DNA from: Octopus vulgaris
Lineage: Eukaryota
Direction: 5' to 3'
Length of the DNA: 64,000 nt
NCBI GenBank assembly: GCA_951406725.2
Contig: OX597815.1
Coordinates: 23,188,001 to 23,252,000 of the forward strand
Part shown: positions 13,601-42,464 of the stretch, in pieces
How positions within the stretch are numbered: position 1 is the stretch's first letter
How the letters are laid out: each line of letters begins with the position of its first letter
The notes under the pieces: model-generated
What the model saw: the letters and a program-made list of their open reading frames with translations, nothing else
Databases searched by the model: none
Told to the model about the DNA's origin: nothing
Program-made: the position numbers and the translations under genes

Positions 13601-16241
13601 TTCTTTAAATCATATTTAGTTCTAATTATTTTTTCCTTTATTACAACATTCATAAGGAAACAGTTAGCAGATAGCTGTATATACAGCTAGTTTTAATCCT
13701 GATATAATTGGTAAAAATTCCCCTTCTTGGTGAAACCTGGGCTAAGCAAGTGAGGATTTTTGTTTGATTTTTTTTTGTGTCTTACATTTCCTGTTGTTGA
13801 AGAGGTCAAGAGGTCATCTGCTTGTTTAAGACTGGAAACTGTTAATTTCAAACCAGCAAATAGATCTCTGTCACTTATGCATGTTTTGTGAATAACATGC
13901 TATAGACACCAATACAACAGGTGTAGTCTATTGTATTTATTGTCTCAATAAAGATTAATAACATATTGCATTGCTTAAATCTCACTAAATTTCAAGTCTT
14001 ACTGAGATTTACTTCCATCCTTCTGAAGTAATACCAGTCAAGTATTGTGGAAGCTTTAATTGACTGTACGCTCTCTCCAGATTGTGGTCTTCTGCCATTT
14101 TTTATCATTTAATCTATGTTAATAATTTCTACCTTGCCCAGTGGCTCATACTATTTCATGTAATAAAAAGAGGTTGTATCTAAGTTAAAGATAAACATGA
14201 TTAGAAAAACAAAAATCTATTATTTTTATCTAATTTAATTTATACAACTAACTTGATGGTGACTTTGTTTCTTTTTTTTTTTTTTTTAGTTAGGTTACCT
14301 GTCAAAAACAAAGCGTTCAGCTTTATGAATTTCATTAAGGAACCAAAATTTCTTTAGGGAAGTTTAGAGAAGATATCAAGATTAAATATTGAACCAAGAT
14401 TTTGTTTTAGTAACTAAAAAATAAATTGAAATATTTCTCTCTCTCTCACTTTTTTTTTAAAATTTCACTACTGAGATGCAGAATTCCATAGTCTCTTGCT
14501 GTGTTGCCTATTTTAAAATTTATTACTTTAATTTAATTTCTAAAAATATTGAGGCAAAAAATACTGCTAACTGTTCCTTCATTCCAGTTGTTTTAATGTT
14601 TTCTCATGTTTTTCATTTGTACAATGAAAGTTTGTATTTTTTGTAGCATTCTGTCATTTTTATATTTCGAAACTGTTTGGTTTCGAAAACTCATATTTTC
14701 ACCTGGTGCTGTATTTTTTTTTTTTTTTAATGTTAATCCTTCATATTATGTGAAAATTACTGAATTTATTTGAACAAAACATTCTTCTGTTGTGTGTTTG
14801 GCCAAACGTTTCAGGTTTACTGCCAATTGAGAAAGTTAAATCATACAATGGTAAAGAAACCAAACCAATAAGACAATGGTTTGATATATTGATAAATATA
14901 TTAATTTTTGTATTGAAACTGTTTTTCAGTAATTAAAAAAAAAAAGACATTCTTGTTCCTGTTATTAGATGTATACTTTTGGTTAGGTTTTCTTTATTGT
15001 TACTTGAAGTGAGAATGTGTTTATTTTTTTTTCATTTTGTGATAATAAATGTTTCTATTAAGTCTGATGTGTATTTTTTTAAACATGGATATTCTTAGAA
15101 TATCATCAATTTTATGTTTTTTTTTGTTAAATGATTTTTTTTTGTATTGTCTGCATTTTTGTAATTTTTACTTATACAAAATTATATTACAACTGAATTG
15201 TTAATCTTATTCCTGACAAGATTTATATAATGCGAAGAGCAACTCCTTTAAGAAATCACATGAGTTGTTGAAAATACGGGAGTTTGGACAAATGGTGGTA
15301 GGATGATGTGATTAGTGTTAAAGCACTTGATTAATCAACTATTTTACATTCATTTTTTGAAATATATTGACTAGTAAAGAAACAACTTCATTTAGATATA
15401 TTTTAAATATATTTTTTGTTCTATGAGTTTCATAGATTTAATCTTCATGTATTTATAAATAATGGTTTTAATAAGCTGTTAAAATTTCTCTAGTTGATTC
15501 ACTTTAGTTTCCATTTTTGCTTCGATTCCTATCTTAGAATTATTACATTTATGCTTCATCGAAATAACAGGAAGTTTGTATTTTCTTTCTAAGGCAGTGA
15601 ATTCTGTAAAGTTGAAATTTTGTAATGATATAAATATAGCATAGCAAATTAGTTCAAAACTTTTGTTTATGAAATATTACCATTATATTGGTTTGACTGA
15701 ACCATTAAAATTGATGGAAAAAATGGCTTGCTATATTTCTTCAAAATAGAGATTAGTGTATTTGGTGTCTATAACAGAACAGCAGGCTAAATGCTTCGCA
15801 ATATCCAATTTGTAGTTTGTTTTCTTGAGTTAAATTCACCCTGTGGTCAGCATCTTTGGATACACTTCTGTGTATTCATACAATTACTGCCAAACTTTAA
15901 GGCCACAAATTACCAAAAGTAATTCTAACACTTAAAGATTATTGGTAAACATTGCCACAGAGAAAATTGTACAATTGAATTATGAGTAAAATATTTTCTG
16001 TTTTTACTACCCTAGTGATGAAACCATTTTAAGAATATATTGTGATTGCCTACATATATACACGTACAAATATATATATATATATATATATGTATGCATG
16101 TATGTATGCATGTATGTATATATAAAAAAATAGTTGATTAAAAGTGCTATATCTACGACTCCTATCATCATGTTCAGTAAATTTATTTTCTTCTTATTTG
16201 AGATTATATTAATTTATTCTCTCTCTTTCTGTATATGTGTG

Positions 16242-16319
<78 letters not shown>

Positions 16320-16482
16320 ATATATATATATGTAAATATGTATGTGTGTATATATATATATAAATATATATGTGTATATATATATATGTATGTATATATG
16401 TGTATGTATATATACATATATGTAAGTATATATGTGTATGTATATATAATAAGATTTTATAGTTTGCTTGAATATAATGGAA

Positions 16483-16760
16483 TATAATGTTGAATAATTT
16501 AAAAGGCCAAACAATGCAAATAGATTTTAAGATGAGGTAACGTAAACTAAAAGAAAGTTACCTGCTAATCTTTGGTCATATATGTATCCAATATTTCGGG
16601 TCATACAAGATGTTTTTTTGTCGGAAGAAGGGGCATGTATGTCCAGAAATATTGGATACATATACGACCAAAGATTACCAGGTAACTTTCTTTTAGTTTA
16701 TGTTACCTCATCTTAAAATCTATTTGCATTGTTTGACCTTTTAAATCTTTCAATGTTATA
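16483..16760. repeat. Fold-back palindrome (~125 bp arms, ~28 nt loop) between TA tracts
   Basis: aaaaggccaaacaatgcaaatagattttaagatgaggtaac.. and its reverse complement ..gttacctcatcttaaaatctatttgcattgtttgacctttt. Confidence 0.93.
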
Positions 16761-17096
16761 TATATATGTGTGTATGTATGTATGTATGTATATATGTATG
16801 TATGGTGTATATAGACGTATGTATATACGTATCTACGTCTGTATATATATATATATATATTTGTGTGTATATATACCTTCCTGTTTGTATATATATGTGT
16901 ATGTATGTATATATATATTTCTACGTGTATATATATATATATATGTACATAATGTGGATGTATGTGTGTGTGTGTGTGTGTGTCCGTGAGTATATATGTA
17001 TATGCGTGTGTATATGTATATACATGTTTATATATATTTATATATATATATATATATATATATTAGTAGAATAATAAGAAAGGTTCTTGGTACAGT

Positions 17097-17215
17097 ATAT
17101 TTGAAAAAATGAGTGTAAATGGCTTTTGGGGTGATAATTTTTATTAAAATAAACATTACCATTAAGATAAAAAGTATCCTTCCAAAAGCCATCTCTACGC
17201 ATTTTTTCAAAAATA
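17097..17215. repeat. Degenerate fold-back palindrome between TA tracts
   Basis: tttgaaaaaatgagtgtaaatggcttttgg pairs with ccaaaagccatctctacgcattttttcaaa. Confidence 0.8.
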
Positions 17216-17332
17216 TATATATATAGTGTGTGTGTGTGTCTCTATATGTATATATATATTGTGCGTGTGTGTGTGTGTATATATATATATATATGTATAT
17301 TGTGTTTGTGTGCATATATATATATATATGTA

Positions 17333-18017
17333 TAAGGCAAATAGGAAAATGGAGAAGACAACTGACAAACATCAGCCTGTAAACATTCATTTGGATCTAT
17401 TTATTAATTAATTAATTACGTTCATATGTATAATTAATCAAAATATATAAACAAGTAAATAGATAATGAATAAATGAATATTTATTTTTATTAATTTTTA
17501 CTTACTTTATATATTTTACTTATACATATGGCGCAGGAGTGGCTGTGTGGTAAGTAGCTTGCTAACCAAACCACATGGTTCCGGGTTCAGTCCCACTGCG
17601 TGGCATCTTGGGCGAGTGTCTTCTGCTATAGCCCCAGGCCGACCAATGCCTTGTGAGTGGATTTGGTAGAAGGAAACTGAAAGAAGCCTGTCGTATATAT
17701 ATATATATATATGTGTGTGTGTATATATGTTTGTCCCCCTAGCATTGCTTGACAACCGATGCTGGTGTGTTTACGTCCCCGTCGCTTAGCGGTTCGGCAA
17801 AAGAGACCGATAGAATAAGTACTGGGCTTACATAGAATAAGTCCCGGGGTCGATTTGCTCGACTAAAGGCGGTGCTCCAGCATGGCCGCAGTCAAATGAC
17901 TGAAACAAGTAAAAGAGTATATGATTGTAATTAATTAATTAATGAATAGACTCACAGTAATGGTTACAAGCTGATGTTTGGCGATTGAAAGTCCTCTACA
18001 TTTTCTTATTTACCTTA
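17333..18017. repeat. Inverted repeat (17333-17420 and 17926-18017) with a SINE in the spacer
   Basis: taaggcaaataggaaaatggagaag..ttaattaattaattac pairs with gtaattaattaattaa..cattttcttatttacctta. Confidence 0.75.
17530..17918 (+). mobile_element. SINE family A (tRNA-like head, internal (TA)n(TG)n microsatellite, (AAAGAG)n tail)
   Basis: Head ggcgcaggagtggctgtgtggtaagtagc..gggttcagtccc; multiple near-identical copies in the window. Confidence 0.88.
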
Positions 18018-18444
18018 TGAATTGTGGCTAAATTTCTGCTTTACCCCCACTCATACCTATTATTCAGTTGCATTACTGCCTTTCAACAGTAAGCACTTGG
18101 ATGTAAATACGTATGTATACATCCAGTAATATATTGGATATCTATTATCCCCTTACATGGTTGTTTAACGTCTAACTCATCTACACATATATATATATAT
18201 TGTGTGTGTGTATATATTGCACATGTGTGTATGTATATATTATGTGTATATGTATATACATATTGTAAATGTTTATATATATATATATATATTTTGTGTG
18301 TGTGTATGTATATATTGCACATATGTGAGTATGTATATATTGTATCTATATATATATATAATATATATTGTATATGTATATGCGTATTGTATATGTATAT
18401 ACATATTGTAAATGTTTATATATATTGTATATGTAAGTATATAT

Positions 18445-18489
<45 letters not shown>

Positions 18490-18709
18490 CCCGTGCTAGC
18501 ACGGAAAACGGATATTAAACGATGATGATGATGATATTGTGTGTGTATCTATATATATTATATATATGCATATATCTTCATCATCATTGCTTAACATCTG
18601 CTTTCCATGCTAGCATGGGTTGGACGATTTGACTGAGGTCTGGCGAACCAGATGGCTGCATCAGGCTCAAATCTTGATCTGGCAGAGTTTCTACAGCTGG
18701 ATGCCCAAG

Positions 18710-18995
18710 GAGCTCTGTTGATCAACTCATCTGCACATAATAATCAAGGGGTTGCAGTTTGGGGAGTTAGGTAGACAGGTGTTAGGGGTGATTTGGTCGC
18801 AGAAATTCCTTGAAAGCTATGACAGGGCTCTCCTGCTTGTGCGGCATGGTGCTGAGTCCTGTTGCCAGACATAGGATCTTCCAGCAGGCATCCTCTTGAC
18901 TCAGCACAGCACTGCCTCCTCCAGGCTCTTGATGTAAGCCCCCATGTTGGATGTGAGGCCATGTGGGATGTTGAATGGAGGCATAATTTGACCAT
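18710..18995 (-). mobile_element. maT/DD37D-type Tc1-mariner transposase fragment
   Basis: Minus strand GRSYVWQQDSAPCRTSRRALS*LSRNFCDQITPNTCLPNSPNCNPLDYYV. Confidence 0.75.
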
Positions 18996-19322
18996 TATGT
19001 GTGTGTGTGTGTAATATATACACGCATTCAGCCTACAGGTATACTTTTTTTATATGTTTTGGGGTCGATAAATTAAGTACCAGTTGTGTACTGGAGTCAA
19101 TTTAATTGACTGGCCCCCTCCCGAAAAATTTCGCCCCTTGTGTCTAGAGTAGAAAAGAATAAATAATTGTTATCTTAACTCACCATTTTGTTTCCTTCAC
19201 GTAACTGAAAATAAACTTGATATATATATATATATATATATACACACGCACACACATAAATGAGTATGTATTTATGTGTGTACGTACACACACATACTCA
19301 TGCATAATTATGTATATATGTA

Positions 19323-19545
19323 GAGCTGGCGGAAACGTTAGCGCGCCGGGCGAAATGCTTAGCAGTGTTTCGTCTGTCGTTGTGTTCTGAGTTCAAATTC
19401 CGCCGAGGTCGACTTTGCCTTTCATCCTTTCGGGGTCAATAAATTAAGTACTAGTTTCGCACTGGGGTCGATGTAATCGACTTAATACCTATGTCTGTCC
19501 TTGTTTGTCCCCTCTATGTTTAGCCCCTTGTGGGCAGTAAAGAAA
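19323..19545 (+). mobile_element. SINE family B (tRNA-like head, Meta/MESC-like core)
   Basis: gagctggcggaaacgttagc..gagttcaaattccgccgaggtcgactttgcctttcatcctttcggggtc; the core naming is an inference. Confidence 0.82.
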
Positions 19546-20032
19546 CATATATGTAGATGTGTACATATACATACATATATATATGTATATGTATGAATGT
19601 ATGTATATGTGCATATATATGTGTGCGCGCATCTACATTTGTATGTTCTCTTTGCATACACACACACAAGCATGTATATGCATATATATATATATATATA
19701 TTCGTGTGAATAATTGTATGTTTGTGTTTTGTGCTTACATATGTGTGTGTTCGCATAAAAGTATAGTTGTTGGTTTAAAAAAACAAACAGTAAAAATTAC
19801 TCAATATTTGTGTGTAATAGTGTATTTAGAATTATTCTTTGACCTGTTCTGCTCCAGTTTCCCTGAAGTGTTGTCAGCTCCTCGTATGGGAATAGACCAG
19901 ATCTAGCTCCATGCAGCCAACAGTGCTTTTGGGAAAATATTGAGTGAGCGGCCACAGAATCATAAATAATCTATGCTGTTCTCTCTCTATATATATATAT
20001 CTCTTGATATTTGTATGTGTGTATAATAGGGG

Positions 20033-20066
<34 letters not shown>

Positions 20067-20091
20067 TATATACACAGACACACACACACAC

Positions 20092-20152
<61 letters not shown>

Positions 20153-20282
20153 ATTATGGCTGCCCTCTCGTTATCGAGTATGGCCATTGCACGAAGCTTA
20201 ACTGTTACTGGTGCTGTGATCGAATGTGACTTTTTAGCCCAGCTGAAGATCTACAATGTCTTGTACAGAATTGGCAACTAAT
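20153..20282 (-). mobile_element. 3' end of an RTE/BovB-like LINE with a C2H2 finger, inserted in a microsatellite
   Basis: Minus strand SCQFCTRHCRSSAGLKSHIRSQHQ*, then a short 3'UTR atggccatactcgataacgagagggcagccat. Confidence 0.75.
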
Positions 20283-20290
20283 ATATATAC

Positions 20291-20321
<31 letters not shown>

Positions 20322-20448
20322 AATATATATACATATATATATGCACACACACACACACATACACATATATAAATATATATATACACACACACACACATAT
20401 ATAAATATATATATATACACACACACACACATATATAAATATATATAT

Positions 20449-20497
<49 letters not shown>

Positions 20498-21027
20498 TAT
20501 ATATAAAATGACACACATGAACATGTAGAGGTACATATGTGAGGTCATTATTATCATTTTAATATCCACTTTTCCCTGCTTGGATGGGCCAGATGCCCTT
20601 TCTTTATATTCCACCTGTCTCCAAGCAAGACAATAGTTTTCCATGTCTATATGTTTTCGCAAAAGATTGGAAACATGGGACACCACTTGTGTGACAGTGA
20701 AATTCATTTACAACTGTTGCACAACGTCAGGACAAAGAGACACAAATACACATGTACACGTGCGCATAGAGTTTACACATATTCAGTTTGCATCTATGAA
20801 ATCCACTGACAAGGCTTTGGTCGCTTGAAGGGTGTTGTAGAAGACACTTGCCCTTGGTGCTACACGGGGAAAGTGTCTTCTAAGACAGCACCAGGTTGGC
20901 TAAAGTGTATGTGTATGCATGTATATTTGTTTACAAATAAATGCACACATAGATTTGCAAACACATGTCTATATAAATGTGTGTGTATATATATATATAT
21001 ATGTATGTATATAATGTATATATGCAC

Positions 21028-21069
<42 letters not shown>

Positions 21070-21077
21070 ATATGCAC

Positions 21078-21124
<47 letters not shown>

Positions 21125-21186
21125 ATGTATATATGCACATGTGTGTGTGTATATATATATGTATGTAATGTATATATGCACGTGTT

Positions 21187-21219
<33 letters not shown>

Positions 21220-21753
21220 TCATTTATGTGTGTGTATACATATAAACACATAGGTGAACATACACATTTCATGTGTGTATGTGCTTATTGTAATCATCTG
21301 TTGAAAATATGTATGCATATTTTATTCTGAAAGTTTTAAGTGACGTCTACTTAGTTTCTTGGCTTTTGTTTGTTTTTTTAAAATCCCTTGTTCGAATGAT
21401 GTCTGTATGTATGTTTAAAATTGAGTCTAAAATTTTTACGTGCATGTATATTTGTATCGGTATGCATACAAAGCAAATTACGTATGCACGTTTCCCCGTT
21501 CCCTTTATATTTTCTGTCTATATTATAAACATGTCTGAATAAAATTAATTTTAAGACATATATGTTTGTGTCTTGTTTTATTTAAAACGGTACTTGTTCC
21601 TTTTGAAAGTAATTACTTCACTCCTTCACTGTAACTTCTTTGAAGTATGTAAATTTATCATCTGAGTAATACACTTCCTGACAGTATTCAAGATAACTAA
21701 AATACTACTTTGCTAGTACTTAATTTCCCTTCCTAAATTTTATATCATTGCTC

Positions 21754-22022
21754 TCTTGTTCGAAAATATAAGGACACAGATCATGTCGTATAGTTAGTTG
21801 GAGACGATGTCTCTTGGGGCTAAATTACAGCAACATTAGCCCTAAACCAGGACTGCCATGTTATGTTGTTTTGATATTGTTTTGAGCTGAGTGGGGGTGC
21901 TAGATTCCCTTGTTCGAAAATGTAAGGACACAGATCGTGTTGTATAGCCAGCTGGGGACCATGTCTTCTGGGGCTAAATTACAGCAACATTAATCCTATA
22001 CCAGGACTGCCATGTTATGCTG
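21754..22022. repeat. Direct repeat of ~115 bp (period ~154 bp)
   Basis: cttgttcgaaaatrtaaggacacagatc..ggggctaaattacagcaacatta..ccaggactgccatgttatg at ~21755 and ~21909. Confidence 0.88.
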
Positions 22023-22271
22023 GCAAACAATCTTTACTACAGAATACTGTTGCTGAATATCTCATGTGAAATTTTAAAATAGTAATTTTCAGAGAAGACT
22101 TGTCTTTCACTTATCTTTCTCTCTGTCTGTCTGCTCATCAGCAGTTCTTCAAAATTGGAATATCCAGTTTAAATTTCTGTCTTTAAGAAAGTATGACATG
22201 TATGTATGATGTAATGTTTTAGCATAATACAAATTAGTGAAACAATTGTCAATGCGATTGAAATAGACCAT

Positions 22272-23872
22272 TATGATGGTGGACTAAAAAGTTCATTGGT
22301 TGACCATGAAGGAGTGATGTTAGATGCATTAATTTCAACTCTCCTTGTTTAATAACTGCATTGTTCCCTTCCAAGTAAACTGATGTCTCACTGTTCAAAG
22401 AGGACTTCAAAAAGTAGTGGCTTCTCTTGAAAAAAACAAAACTTGGCATTGTGGTCTTCTCAAATACCTGCAGGAAAAGGTTTAACTCCCAAGGACATTC
22501 ATGCTGACATGGTTGCTACATTAGGGGATGATGCTCCAGCTTTATCAACTGTGCAAAAGTGAGCTGCTGAATTTTGGAGAGAAAGGTGTCTTGCATATGA
22601 CCCAAGGTCTGGACGTCCTGCAACTACCACCACCAAGGAAAACATTGATCATGTTCACCCCATGGTTATGTCTGACAGGTGATTTACTATAAATGATATA
22701 GCTGCTGCTATTAGCATACCCCCTGAGATAGTTAGGAATATTCTGCTCAATAAACTTGATGTGATGAAGGTTTCTGCTTGGTGGGTGTCACATCTGACAC
22801 CTGATCAAAAACACACCATGCTGATCACATCATGGGAAAATCTGACATTGTTTGAGGCATAACCAACTGGCTTCTTTGAATGTCTCCTAACCAAGGATAA
22901 GTGTTGGGTTCATCACTTTGAGTCAGAGACAAAGAGATAATTCATGTAGTGAAAACACCCCTACTCACTTGCCACATAGGAGGCCAAGGTTGTTTCATCA
23001 GCAGGGAAGGAGATGGCCTCAGTTTTTTAGGATGCAAAAGGCATTATGTTGATTGATTATCTTCAAAAGGTGGTGGAAGCACTCCGTCGGTTACGACGAC
23101 GAGGGTTCCGGTTGATCCGATCAACGGAACAGCCTGCTCGTGAAATTAACGTGTAAGTGGCTGAGCACTCCACAGACACGTGTACCCTTAACGTAGTTCT
23201 CGAGGATATTCAGCGTGACACAGAGAGTGACAAGGCTGGCCCTTTGAATTACAGGTATAACAGAAACAGGAAGTAAGAGAGAGAAAGTTGTGGTGAAAGA
23301 GTACAGCAGGGATCACCCCCCCCCCCCTGCCGGAGCCTCATGGAGCTTTAGGTGTTTTCACTCAATAAACACTCACAACACCCAGTCTGGGAATCGAAAT
23401 CTTCAAAAGGGCCACACCATCAATGGAGAGTACTGTGCCAGTTTGCTGAGGCAGTTACAAAAGTCTATCAAAGTCAAACACAGGAAAACTAACAAAAGGA
23501 GGTCTTGTTTCATCAGTACAATGCTCCAGCACAAAAATCCTTTGTTTCAATGTGTGACTGTGGCTTTGAACTTGTTGATCACCTTCCCCATCCTCTTGAT
23601 TTGGCTCCATCTGACTGTTAACTGTTCCCCAATATGAAAAAAACACTTGGCTGGGAACCAGTATCACAGTGATGATGACATCATATCTGCTCTTGATGAT
23701 GTTTTTGATAAACAGAATGAAAGCTTCTTCACTAATCAGATCCAAGCAGTGTAAGATCAATTGAAGGAGTGTATGGACTGCAAGGGGGACTATGTTGAAA
23801 AATAAACCTCATTTGATCATATACCACGAAAGTATCTCGGTCAGCTTATGAACTTTTCAACCAACCCATGTA
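22272..23872 (+). mobile_element. Decayed full-length mariner transposon (irritans/Himar-like) with a nested SINE
   Basis: Imperfect TIRs at 22272-22305 and 23839-23872 with TA ends; broken transposase LTPKDIHADMVATLGDDAPALSTVQK..DKCWVHHFE..DLAPSD..GDYVEK*; about 1.27 kb after removing the SINE. Confidence 0.9.
23071..23398 (-). mobile_element. 5'-truncated tRNA-derived SINE (octopus OR1/OR2-like) inserted in the mariner
   Basis: 12-bp TSD atcttcaaaagg (23059-23070 and 23399-23410); shares its head-proximal body with 10380-10672 but has a different tail. Confidence 0.85.
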
Positions 23873-24177
23873 CTAGTGAGTGTTGTAATTGAGGACTAAC
23901 ACATTCAACCAAATTAAACTATATAAAATCTATTATTTTCTCTTGTATAAAGAATGTAGTGTTTATCCATCGAAACGAAGGCTCTTAAAATGAATCCTTT
24001 TGTTGGTATTTCAAAACAAGATTTTTTTCTCTTCAGTAGCATTTAGAAATGTTCCTTACATTTGTTTTACTAAACACCAAGTCAATGGTCCAGTTCTGAA
24101 CTATCCAAGACTATTAGGTAACCCATACTATCCTTTATGGCCCTCCAGATTCCTCACACTACTGAAGCCCTTAATTC

Positions 24178-24903
24178 TGTAGGAAATATGATCGCACGTG
24201 GTCGCATCCCTAATGAAATAAGATAAGCCAGAAATGAGAGAAGATAACATTTTATTTACAATGGTGTTAAGGTTTGAAGGTTGTGAGGGCTAGCAAGCTT
24301 TGTGTATGCGTGCGTGCAACTGTGTTTGTGTCTGTGTGTTCGAGTGTGTGACAGATACAATAAGGGTGAATGCGTGAGACATAGAAAGTACAGAGCATAG
24401 AGTTAATGATGGAAATTGGTTTACAGTTCGTATGGCGACGATGGTAGAGACGACTTGAAATTGGTACAATGATGGTGACGATGGCGGTGGAGATAGAAGG
24501 CTTTCTGCGGTGCCGGATGTATGCTGGCGTCGTCGCTGGTTGTAGCAGGAGCAATCGTCTGTCGCTGGGTTGAGTAGCTCTGTGGTCTGAAGTTAGTCCT
24601 TATAAGGACTAGAACCAAAGATGAGAACACTCCCTTATATACAAGTAAGGTGGCTCAACAGAGCCTAGGAAATGGGACCGTAACCAAAGGCCGTGATTGG
24701 TTGGCTTTGGACAGTGGCATGAAATAAGTAGAGACAAATCGCACCACTTGTCAACCAATCAGGTCAGTGGTTACAACAGGAACAACTCGGCCAAAGATGG
24801 CTGTAATCTCAAACGAGATCATTCCTGCCGTGTCTCTCAAACAGTGAGGATATCAAAGACTGCTACAGCCACATTTCAAAATGGCTAAAATGCTACTGCT
24901 ACA
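24178..24903 (-). mobile_element. Solo LTR (726 bp), probably Gypsy-type
   Basis: TGTAG...CTACA inverted ends; 4-bp TSD ATTC on both sides; CCAAT motifs, then minus-strand TATATAAG (~24635) and AATAAA (~24255) in the expected order. Confidence 0.8.
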
Positions 24904-25057
24904 ATTCCTAAGTAGTTTACTTACATCTGCACTTGGTGCACATACAACAGCACTGTGGAAGTCATTCCTTCACCTCCACAAACATTGTAGAACATTGGGA
25001 AAGCAGAGATTGCCTTCATGAGTGTCTCCACTGAATGAATCCTCTTATTAAATACTA

Positions 25058-25760
25058 TCATCATCGTTTAACGTCTGCTTTCCATGCTAGCATGGGTTGG
25101 ACGATTTGACTGAGGTCTGGCGAACCAGACTCCAATCTGATCTGGCAGAGTTTCTACAGCTGGATGCCCTTCCTAATGCCAACCACTCCGAGAGTGTAGT
25201 GGGTGCTTTTACGTGCCACCTGCACGAGGGCCAGTTAGGTGGTACTGGCAACAGCCACTCTCAAATGGTGCTTTTTATGTGCCACCTGCACAGGAGCCAG
25301 TCCAGCAGCACTGGCAACGACCTCGCTCGAATGTTTTTTTCATGTGCCCCCAGCACAAGTGCTAGTAAGACGACACAGGTAACAATCACGCTCAAATGGT
25401 GGTTTTTAACGTGCCAACGGCATAGAGGCCAGCTTGTTGCTCTTGCAACAATCTCACTCGTATGGTACTCTTAGCACTCCACTAGCAACGGATGCCAGTC
25501 ACCGAGTTTGATTTCGATTTCGATTTCACTTGCCTCAACAGGTCTTTGCAAGCAGAGTTTAGTGTCCAATGAAGGAAAGGCACACATAAGTGGAATGGTT
25601 ACACCCTTGGCATAGGCCACAAGGTTATGGTCTCACTTGCACTTACCGAGAAGGTTACGGTCTCATTTGCGCTTGTCGAGTCTTCTCAAGCACAGCATAT
25701 TTCCAGAGGTCCCGGTCACTAGTCACATAGCATATTTCCAGAGGTCCCGGTCACTAGTCA
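25058..25760 (-). mobile_element. 5'-truncated RTE LINE, subfamily 1 (ORF end plus VNTR-containing 3'UTR)
   Basis: Minus-strand ORF end TSDRDLWKYAVLEKTRQAQ is contiguous with the 3'UTR and (GAT)n tail. Confidence 0.85.
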
Positions 25761-26462
25761 AGGTAAGATATTCCTTTTAGTAGTAACCCTGCTGAAAAAC
25801 CACATTTGCTGCCCACTTAGTTTACAATGTACACTGTACAACCACACATTGGAACTTAGCTGTTTTCTGTCTATCCCATTATCATATATTCACAGTTTTC
25901 TAATCAATGCAAGATAACTGGTCCTAATGGTGTAGTGTAGCTACCATCACCCTTAAACCTTCTCTTGAGTTAGTTTCTATTCTTAACAAAATAACTTTCT
26001 GCAAGGTTACATCACAAGTTACAAAAACATGTTGGTATGTCCCATTTTAAAGAATAGCAACTTCCCTGACTCTTTTTGTTGGTCTCTATTAATCTCCCTT
26101 CCAACATTAATGGAAACTGTCTGTGTCTAAAGTTTTCATCTTGAATTCAGATTTCAAATACAGTTTGCTTTACGAGAGATACTTAAATTTTGTATTTGAA
26201 ACTTTTATCTAACGTTCCTTCCTTTGAGGAAATCTGTTTATTCAGATAGAGAAACACCGGTTTGTTTATTTGGAGCTATCTTCTATGTGAAATTACAGTC
26301 AATAGAATCGATACCAGTACAAGCCTATATTTATTTTTATGAAATAACTGCGAATAATATTCACTCTCTCGGTTTGTTGACCGATTCTCTTATCTCCAAG
26401 AATTAATCTGCCAAGTGGAGGTAATGTAGTAAGGGAGGTAAGTCATAACAACAAATTAAAAA

Positions 26463-42464
<16,002 letters not shown>

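Noticed and set aside
11300-15900. Relatively repeat-poor AT/U-rich stretch as a long 3'UTR or hidden exons
   Set aside because: No convincing ORF or splice pair; a UTR role is plausible but cannot be shown without transcript data.
22085-22145. Minus-strand CTGATGA...GAAA-gac-aa-gtc-TT hammerhead-like words
   Set aside because: No stem II or stem I pairing; likely chance.
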